DNA from: a virus
Virus record (IMG/VR): IMGVR_UViG_3300025383_001098
DNA length: 64,000 nucleotides
Reading direction: 5' to 3' (one strand)
The translations under genes and the position numbers were made by a program. This document shows, piece by piece, positions 57,104-64,000 of this stretch (its first letter is position 1; every line of letters starts with the position of its first letter). The notes beneath the pieces are model-generated. The model saw nothing but the letters and a program-made list of their open reading frames with translations, had not been told where the DNA came from and did no database searches.

Positions 57104-60100
57104 ATGGCAATTCAAAAACTATTCACCAGTTTAAGCAAAGCCGGAAACACCAATGCCTACGTGGGCGAAAAAGGTCGTATCTGGTACGATTCCGTCAAAG
57201 GATTCCGTATCAGCGACGGAGTTACACCAGGCGGACAAGCTGCCGCGGTAGCAGTGACCAATGCCAACATTGGTGACCTTGTGATTACTGGTGCCACAAT
57301 CAGCACATCCAACACCAATGAAGATCTAAATCTTGATACCAACGGCACAGGTAACGTAAACATTCTTGGTGCATTCAACGCATTGACCACTTCAGGTCGT
57401 ACCATTATTGAAACCTTACAAAATGGTACACTAAACTTTTATGTGCCCAACATCAGTTATGACAGCGCCATTGACATTATTGGATCGGCCGATGGAGCGA
57501 TAGTTGCTCCGCAAAATACCGGTGTGTTGTTGCACCTGACCGGACAGGACAGCCTGCCGGCTCGTATCTACAATGACTCGGTCAACAGCTATGCCGCATT
57601 CATTGGTCGTCGTTACAATGGCACAGCTGACGCACCCACACAAGTACTAAGCGGCAATATTATTGCTCGTTACGGTGCCACACCCTACAGCAACACCGGT
57701 TGGCCCTCAATCTCTACTGCCCGCATGGACTTTGTGGCCCTGGAAGATCAAACAGCTACCACGCTGGGTACCAGCATACAATTTTATACCACGCCTGTGG
57801 GTAGTGCCAGTTCGGTGCCCAGTATGACTGTTGCATCCACTGGTATCAGCAATGCCGCCAACGTGGTTCCCATTTCAGATCAGGCCTACAATTTAGGTAC
57901 TGCTACTCTTCGTTGGAAAAATGTCTATGCTGGACAAGGTGGCCTGTGGCTGGCCGATTCGGTAACCAACGCCGAAGTGCAGTTGGGCGTTAACAACGGA
58001 ACCTTATATATCAACGGTGTACAAAACTTGGCCGTGGGCAATTTGGTTATCCTGAACACCACTCTAACATCCATAACACCCAGCACAGACATACAAATTG
58101 GCAACACCGGCGACACTGGCAACTTGGTGATTGGTCGTACTGTACAAATCCGTACACAGAACTTGAACACCGAAGCCGCACTATTAATCAATGGTAGTTT
58201 AAGTAATATAGTTCCAACTGAATACAACAACACCTTGTTCCACACAGTGGCAGTTCCGGGCTACAACGGCATACATCTCAATGACACATTTGGCACCGGC
58301 GTATTTTCTACATACGAAGGCCGTCATGCTCGTGGTACTATACAAAACCCCAGTGCCACACAGTCCGGCGATGTCTTGTTGCGTGTGGCCGGCGCCGGCT
58401 ACGGCACCAACACCTTTGACACCAGTTTTGGCACACAGGGTGGCAGTCGTATTGACTTCCGTGCCACCGAAAACTACACCAACTCAGCCAAGGGTTCGGA
58501 CATACACTTCTGGACCACACAGCCCGGCACAACCAACACAGTGAATTCAGGTAGCATCGACTATCGGGGATTCTTTGGCAACAGTTTTACCTTTACCACT
58601 GACAATTCTGTACAGACCACAGCTGGTATTCCCTTAACACAAAAAGGGTCTGGCCTGGGTGTTGCCACCCTGGACTCAAACGGATACCTGACGGCCGCAC
58701 AGATTCCACCCAGTCTCTTGGGTGGTGTTGTTTATCAAGGCTCCTGGGACGCCAGTACCAACACACCAAGTCTGGCCAATGGTTCAGGTACTACCGGCTA
58801 CGAATACTCAATCGGAGTTACAGGTACACAGAATCTGGGCGGCGGCAATCAAACCTATGTTCAAGGTGGTTTTGTTATCTACAACGGTTCAGTATGGAGC
58901 TATGTTCCACCCACAGGCCTGTTTACCAGCCTGACAGCCAGCACACACCTATCAGTAAACCAACCCACCGGTGCTATCACTATAAGTGTAGATGCTACCA
59001 GCGCCAATACAGCCAGTACCATTGTGAGTCGCGATGCGTCGGGCAATTTCAATGCCAACACCATCACAGCCACATTGGTGGGTGCTGCCACTTCAGCAGG
59101 CACAGCCGCAACAGTGACCAATGCCATACAATCAGCCATCACCAGCGTGGGCACATTGACCAGTTTGGGTGTCACTGGCAATGTCACAGCTGGCAACGTT
59201 TCGGCTGGCACCGGAACCATCTCGGCCGCAACCGGACAGTTTACCAACATCAACAACTCATTGCAAACTATCACGGCCAATGTAGGTGCATTTGAGACTT
59301 ATGCCAATGCTACATTTGCTACAGCATCTACAGTACAAACATTATCAGCCAATGTAGGTGCATTTGAGACGTTCAGCAATGCCAATACCGCAGGCCTATA
59401 CAATAGTATTTTGGGCGCCAATGCGGCAATAGTCACTGCCAACTCAGCAGTAGTAAGTTATGTCAACGCATTGAATTCGGCCATGGCGGCAAATGTGGCT
59501 GGTGCCAATGCCGCAATAGTTACAGCCAATACTGCAATGAAGGGGTATGTGGATGCTGTCTCTACTGCATGGACTGCCAACGCAGGCACACAACAAACAC
59601 AGATCAACGCAATCAACAGCAACGTAACAGCGGCCAATGCGGCCATTGCCACACTACAAACTCAAGTGTATACCAACGCCAACGTTGCGGCCTACTTGCC
59701 CACATATACCGGTAACTTACAGGCCGGCAATGCCACCATAATCAATACCTTGACTGCCAATACTGTGATCACTGGTTCAGGTGGTATCAGAAGCATAGCA
59801 GGTGGAACTCCTACTGTTACCATAAACTTCATCACCGACAAGATCATACATGTTTATCAACCTGCTGGTACAGTTACTATGCAATATGGTACCTTGACGG
59901 CAGGGGCCAGTGTTACCGTCCTGATCAATTTTGCCGCACAGCACAACATAGTAACTGGCGTAAGTGCCAGCAACAACATCAACCTGGCTGGCAAAATCAA
60001 TATTGGTGGTGTTGGTAATGCACCAGCGGCAACTGCACAGACCTTGGTCAAATTGGTTTACACTTCGGTAGACGGTACTGCTGGTAATACCTACTGTGCT

Positions 60101-60115
60101 GTACAGTACACCTAA
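57104..60115 (+). CDS. long tail fibre-like protein
   Basis: YVGEKGRIWYD...ISDGVTPGG N-terminus; VSRDASGNF; YTNANVAAYL; ANAA coiled-coil repeats. Confidence 0.8.
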   Translation: MAIQKLFTSLSKAGNTNAYVGEKGRIWYDSVKGFRISDGVTPGGQAAAVAVTNANIGDLVITGATISTSNTNEDLNLDTNGTGNVNILGAFNALTTSGRTIIETLQNGTLNFYVPNISYDSAIDIIGSADGAIVAPQNTGVLLHLTGQDSLPARIYNDSVNSYAAFIGRRYNGTADAPTQVLSGNIIARYGATPYSNTGWPSISTARMDFVALEDQTATTLGTSIQFYTTPVGSASSVPSMTVASTGISNAANVVPISDQAYNLGTATLRWKNVYAGQGGLWLADSVTNAEVQLGVNNGTLYINGVQNLAVGNLVILNTTLTSITPSTDIQIGNTGDTGNLVIGRTVQIRTQNLNTEAALLINGSLSNIVPTEYNNTLFHTVAVPGYNGIHLNDTFGTGVFSTYEGRHARGTIQNPSATQSGDVLLRVAGAGYGTNTFDTSFGTQGGSRIDFRATENYTNSAKGSDIHFWTTQPGTTNTVNSGSIDYRGFFGNSFTFTTDNSVQTTAGIPLTQKGSGLGVATLDSNGYLTAAQIPPSLLGGVVYQGSWDASTNTPSLANGSGTTGYEYSIGVTGTQNLGGGNQTYVQGGFVIYNGSVWSYVPPTGLFTSLTASTHLSVNQPTGAITISVDATSANTASTIVSRDASGNFNANTITATLVGAATSAGTAATVTNAIQSAITSVGTLTSLGVTGNVTAGNVSAGTGTISAATGQFTNINNSLQTITANVGAFETYANATFATASTVQTLSANVGAFETFSNANTAGLYNSILGANAAIVTANSAVVSYVNALNSAMAANVAGANAAIVTANTAMKGYVDAVSTAWTANAGTQQTQINAINSNVTAANAAIATLQTQVYTNANVAAYLPTYTGNLQAGNATIINTLTANTVITGSGGIRSIAGGTPTVTINFITDKIIHVYQPAGTVTMQYGTLTAGASVTVLINFAAQHNIVTGVSASNNINLAGKINIGGVGNAPAATAQTLVKLVYTSVDGTAGNTYCAVQYT
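59276..59370 (+). repeat. 23-bp exact direct repeat, 72-nt period, inside fibre gene
   Basis: GCCAATGTAGGTGCATTTGAGAC at 59276-59298 and 59348-59370. Confidence 0.85.
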
Positions 60116-60183
60116 CCAAAATCATTGACATTAACCAAAAATCATAGTATTATTACGCTATAACTCTCAATAAATATTAAACT

Positions 60184-61875
60184 ATGATACTTGGAATCGC
60201 CACTCTTGTTATTGCTTTACTAATCAGTTCTGTTTCAGCCTGGTATTCAATTCTGGGTCTTACCGCTATCTTTGCCGGTGCTACTGTGCCAGCAATTATC
60301 ATGGGCGGTGCCCTGGAATCCGGCAAGGTCATGGTAGCCATTTGGTTACACCAAAATTGGAAACGTGATCGCTTGTTGAAATTCTACTTGGTACCGGCTT
60401 TGGTATTCTTAATGCTACTGACATCAGTTGGTGTATTTGGATTCCTATCAAAAGCACACTTGGACCAAAGCGTTCCGTCGGGTGATATTCAAGCACAAGT
60501 ACAACTATTTGATGAAAAGATTCAAACTCAACGTGATAATATTGCCGCTGCACGTCGAGCATTACAACAAATGGATGCGGCTGTAGACCAAATAATGGGT
60601 CGCTCAACCGATGAGCAAGGTGCAGACAAGGCCGCTAACCTACGCCGAAGTCAAGCACGTGAACGCACACAATTACAAAACGATATTAGTCGAGCACAAA
60701 AAGAAATTGCTACCTTACAGGAACAACGTGCTCCTGTTGCCAGTCAATATCGTAAAGTAGAAGCCGAAGTTGGCCCTATCAAATATGTTGCGGCTCTGTT
60801 TAGTTCGGGTGCGCCAGACCAAGACATGCTGGAACGTGCTGTACGTTGGGTCATTATCCTAATTGTCATAGTATTCGATCCTTTGGCTATTATTCTTATT
60901 ATCGCTGGTATTAGCCAGCTGGGATGGTATCGTCAAAAGAGTGGCAGTTCCACTGGCTATGTGCCGGATGAATCTGGTAAAACCATTGACGAACAAATTG
61001 AAGAAATAGAACCAGAACCCAGCCAGACTAAGACCGTGCCGGACACAGTAACTGAAGAAGAGGAAGAAGCGTGGAAACAACTTGAAGCACAGCAACCAAT
61101 GGTAGTTGTTCCATCATCGTCTCCAATTACAAGTTATACTGTGACCACTACCTACAGTGATCCCGAGCCTGAAGTGGACGTTGAGGAAGCCAATCGTTTA
61201 GCACAAGAAGCCATGGTTGATAGAGAACCAGAGTATACTATAGTAGGCGATGCCGATGAAGAAGATCATTCCGCGGTAGATGCAGAATTGGCACAGGCCA
61301 GACAGGAAGCTGAACTGTTAGCACAGTATGTCGCAGAACGTGAAGCAGAACTACAGGCCGAAATTGAAAAACTACGAGCACAAGTATTGGCCAATGTTCC
61401 ACATCCGACTAATACTGACAATCCAGTAGACTTCCCTGCCGTGGAGGAACCAGTAATAGAACCAGAGCCAGAGCCAGAGCCTATAATTGAAACTCCTGCA
61501 GATAATGGTCCCAACTTTGAAGCAGTAAGAATGCCTGGCAGTCAAGAATGGGTACAAACTGGACCCAAGTTTGAAGAACCCAAAGCAGAACAGTTGACAA
61601 GACCAATTCGCAGTGACTTTGGGTCAAGTTTTCCAAATGATCCCGAGCGTGGCGACATGTTCTTGCGTACTGATTTCAAACCCAGCAGATTGTTTAAATG
61701 GAATGATGTTAAATGGATCGAAGTTAATAAAGCCACTACGGATGTTTACAACTATAATGATGCTTACATACAATTTTTAGCAGATAAACTAAGTACAGGC
61801 GAATATTCAGCCGATGATTTAACGGAAAACGAATTACAACAAGTTCAACGTGCTATAGGCGGTTATCGTGTCTGA
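60184..61875 (+). CDS. multi-pass membrane protein with coiled coil and acidic tail
   Basis: three N-terminal hydrophobic segments; long heptad region; IIVIVFDPLA TM; EP repeats. Confidence 0.75.
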   Translation: MILGIATLVIALLISSVSAWYSILGLTAIFAGATVPAIIMGGALESGKVMVAIWLHQNWKRDRLLKFYLVPALVFLMLLTSVGVFGFLSKAHLDQSVPSGDIQAQVQLFDEKIQTQRDNIAAARRALQQMDAAVDQIMGRSTDEQGADKAANLRRSQARERTQLQNDISRAQKEIATLQEQRAPVASQYRKVEAEVGPIKYVAALFSSGAPDQDMLERAVRWVIILIVIVFDPLAIILIIAGISQLGWYRQKSGSSTGYVPDESGKTIDEQIEEIEPEPSQTKTVPDTVTEEEEEAWKQLEAQQPMVVVPSSSPITSYTVTTTYSDPEPEVDVEEANRLAQEAMVDREPEYTIVGDADEEDHSAVDAELAQARQEAELLAQYVAEREAELQAEIEKLRAQVLANVPHPTNTDNPVDFPAVEEPVIEPEPEPEPIIETPADNGPNFEAVRMPGSQEWVQTGPKFEEPKAEQLTRPIRSDFGSSFPNDPERGDMFLRTDFKPSRLFKWNDVKWIEVNKATTDVYNYNDAYIQFLADKLSTGEYSADDLTENELQQVQRAIGGYRV

Positions 61876-62140
61876 TTACACAAATCTTATTACACCCCCG
61901 GATTTTGTTGAAGACGCCAAGCATACTGTATTATTGCTAAATCCCAAGCAAGAAGAAGTACAAGAGTTGGCAGAATGGTGCCAACAAGCAGAGCAGTATT
62001 TTAACATATACATTTACAACGAAACTATGGGACGTCCAGATTGGGCTAAAACAGCGGCAGGACTTGCTGATGCTATTATTGATTGTGCTACTGGGTCTCC
62101 TTTAAAATATTTTACAAAGTTAGACAAATTAGTTAAATAA
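61868..62140 (+). CDS. hypothetical protein
   Basis: GTG start overlapping previous stop; LITPPD. Confidence 0.65.
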   Translation: MSDYTNLITPPDFVEDAKHTVLLLNPKQEEVQELAEWCQQAEQYFNIYIYNETMGRPDWAKTAAGLADAIIDCATGSPLKYFTKLDKLVK

Positions 62141-62144
62141 CACT

Positions 62145-62393
62145 ATGGCCTTCGAAAAACCCAAATTCAATAAAATCATCGGAAATACTGTAGTAGTTGG
62201 TATGGACGGAAATGTAGAAAAAGCTCTACGCAAATTCAAAAAGAAAGTCTTAGAATCTGGCTTGCTTAACGAGTTGCGTGAACGTGAAACCTACACCAAG
62301 CCTACTACCAAACGCAAACAAGCCAAAGCCGCTGCCAAGCGTCGCTGGCAGAAAAAACTGCGTGACCAACAGTTGCCCAAAAAACTTTATTAA
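62145..62393 (+). CDS. rpsU: ribosomal protein bS21
   Basis: NVEKALRKFKKKV..SGLL.ELRERETYTKPTTKRK..K.AA.RR. Confidence 0.9.
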   Translation: MAFEKPKFNKIIGNTVVVGMDGNVEKALRKFKKKVLESGLLNELRERETYTKPTTKRKQAKAAAKRRWQKKLRDQQLPKKLY

Positions 62394-62585
62394 ATGAAAA
62401 TAATAGACATTTATAATTTGTCAGAATTTGACAAATATAAAATATTATTTGAATATCTTAAAGAAAAAGAAATAAGAGAAAATAACAAAACTGTCAGGTT
62501 GGCCTGGGAACAGTATAAAACTTTGGTAAATTTAACTGATCCTGGAGTTCCTCCGGAACCAATCGATGAAACACAGTTTGGTTAA
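62394..62585 (+). CDS. hypothetical protein
   Basis: 63-aa AT-rich ORF; AWEQYKTL. Confidence 0.6.
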   Translation: MKIIDIYNLSEFDKYKILFEYLKEKEIRENNKTVRLAWEQYKTLVNLTDPGVPPEPIDETQFG

Positions 62586-62611
62586 TTGTTGACAAATTAA
62601 GAATTTTCCTG

Positions 62612-62685
62612 TATAAATATATTTGTAGTGCCGATAGTCGGGCTACACATTTAAAGTCATTACTTGCTTAAAAAGGAGAAAACAA
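62612..62685 (+). promoter_or_regulatory. late promoter and ROSE-like RNA-thermometer leader of the Hsp20 gene
   Basis: TATAAATA; hairpin 62624-62647; CTTGCTT can pair with the AAGGAG SD. Confidence 0.55.
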
Positions 62686-63144
62686 ATGACACAATTACAA
62701 ATCCACACCCTTGACTTACCTAACTTTGTGAATCAAATTCACCGTCAGACCATTGGCTTTGATCGCATTTTTGACGAGCTAAATCGCAATTTTGTAAACA
62801 GCCGTGGCGACAATGGTAACTACCCTCCATACAATATCAGTAAATTAGATGATACTCACTATGTTGTAGAAGTTGCTGTTGCTGGCTTTAAAGAGTCAGA
62901 ACTTGACGTAGAACTCAAGGACAATGTTTTAACTGTTAAAGGTGAACAAGAAAAGAAAGAAGTAGAGATTGAATACTTACACAAAGGTATCAGTGCTCGT
63001 AACTTTGTTCGCACTTTCACTTTGGCCGATGATGTAGAAGTACGTGCGGCTACAGTTCAAAACGGTATTTTGGCAATCGCTTTGGAACATGTAATTCCAG
63101 AAGAAAAACAGCCAAAAAAGATTGCTATTACTTTCAAGAAGTAG
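62686..63144 (+). CDS. small heat-shock protein Hsp20 (IbpA-like)
   Basis: IGFDR; NYPPYNI; AVAGF; YLHKGISARNF; NGIL. Confidence 0.95.
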   Translation: MTQLQIHTLDLPNFVNQIHRQTIGFDRIFDELNRNFVNSRGDNGNYPPYNISKLDDTHYVVEVAVAGFKESELDVELKDNVLTVKGEQEKKEVEIEYLHKGISARNFVRTFTLADDVEVRAATVQNGILAIALEHVIPEEKQPKKIAITFKK

Positions 63145-63156
63145 TATAATCTACAC

Positions 63157-63185
63157 ACAAGGGCAGAATCACCTGCCCTTGTTTT
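63157..63185 (+). terminator. terminator-like hairpin
   Basis: ACAAGGGCAG-AATCAC-CTGCCCTTGT plus TTT. Confidence 0.75.
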
Positions 63186-63200
63186 ATAAATATTAATACT

Positions 63201-63515
63201 ATGGCAGACACTAAAACTCAAATTGAGATTCGTCCAAGCATTGCTCCTAAATCTGGACTTAAAGAACCTTCAAATTTTAATGTAATCTATATCAATGATG
63301 AAGTTACTACACAGGAATTTGTCATTGAAAGTCTTACATCTATTTTTAACTATGCCAGAGAATCTGCCGAAACACTGACTCTACGAGTACACGAAGAAGG
63401 GTCAGCTGTAGTAGCAACATTACCGTATGAAATGGCCGAGCAAAAAGGTATTGAAGTTACACTACTTGCTCGTAATCATGGATTTCCATTACAAGTTAAA
63501 ATAGAATCTGAATGA
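63201..63515 (+). CDS. clpS: ATP-dependent Clp protease adaptor ClpS
   Basis: VIYINDEVTTQEFV; VHEEGSA; EMAEQK; FPL. Confidence 0.9.
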   Translation: MADTKTQIEIRPSIAPKSGLKEPSNFNVIYINDEVTTQEFVIESLTSIFNYARESAETLTLRVHEEGSAVVATLPYEMAEQKGIEVTLLARNHGFPLQVKIESE

Positions 63516-63988
63516 TATTCAATCACATCCGTAAACTCAAAGACGATGGTAAGCGTATTGGCATTACCTTCTCCACATTCGACATGCTACACGCAGGACA
63601 TATTGCCATGCTTGCTGAAGCAAAAAATCATTGCGATTATTTAATTGCCGGCCTACAAACCGATCCTACTATTGATCGTCCCGATACTAAAAACAAACCT
63701 GTACAAAGTATTGTTGAACGTCAGATCCAATTAGCGGCTTGCCGTTATGTAGACGAAGTAGTAGTTTATCAAACCGAACAGGACTTAGTAGACTTGTTAC
63801 TAATCCTACCAATTGATGTTCGGGTACTTGGTGTTGAATATGAGCAATCAGAATACACCGGCAAGCGTGAAGGATTTATGCGTGGCATTGAATGTATCTT
63901 TAATCGCAGAGATCACTCATTCTCCAGCTCGGGCTTGCGTAGTCGTGTAGTAGAAGCAGAATCACTAAAAATTCTCAAGAAAAAATAA
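63512..63988 (+). CDS. cytidylyltransferase (TagD/glycerol-3-phosphate CT-like)
   Basis: TFDMLHAGH; CDYLIAGL; YVDEV; R.H.FSSS.LR. Confidence 0.88.
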   Translation: MIFNHIRKLKDDGKRIGITFSTFDMLHAGHIAMLAEAKNHCDYLIAGLQTDPTIDRPDTKNKPVQSIVERQIQLAACRYVDEVVVYQTEQDLVDLLLILPIDVRVLGVEYEQSEYTGKREGFMRGIECIFNRRDHSFSSSGLRSRVVEAESLKILKKK

Positions 63989-64000
63989 TGTTGTTAGTCT

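Overview
The whole window reads as part of a large, T4-like (myovirus/jumbo-type) lytic dsDNA phage genome, not a cellular chromosome. Genes are densely packed, almost all on the + strand, in the standard genetic code. Promoters are T4-type late promoters (TATAAATA/TAAATA) and consensus sigma70-type early promoters. Contents in order: a Tat-signal protein; a cluster of three tRNAs (Leu-TAG, Ser-GCT, Thr-TGT) with two unexplained structured RNAs; a glycan/surface-modification operon; groES-groEL; an early-gene island with an AAA ATPase; replication genes (UvsW-like helicase, gp62-like clamp-loader subunit, a miniature DnaE-like polymerase core, primase, DnaB/gp41 helicase) interleaved with tail-fibre genes; a block of putative head-internal proteins including a nucleotidyltransferase and a ligase-fold protein; iscU-iscA; a PD-(D/E)XK nuclease; nrdA-nrdB-glutaredoxin; PAAR; a SleB-type hydrolase; a second early island; a long fibre; bS21, Hsp20, ClpS and a cytidylyltransferase. 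GroEL resembles Burkholderiales sequences, suggesting a betaproteobacterial host (inference). Strongest leads: (1) a ~289-nt multi-stem RNA running from a perfect sigma70 promoter to the first base of tRNA-Leu and closed by a perfect 22-bp stem; (2) proteins with apparent prohead-protease leaders, including an NTase plus ligase pair and one whose cleavage would expose a Tat signal; (3) a 192-aa DnaE-like protein keeping all catalytic motifs; (4) a PRMT-like methyltransferase; (5) a 3'-end hairpin loop complementary to the SD of its own operon's first gene. All calls come from motif reading by eye; no searches or folding programs were run.
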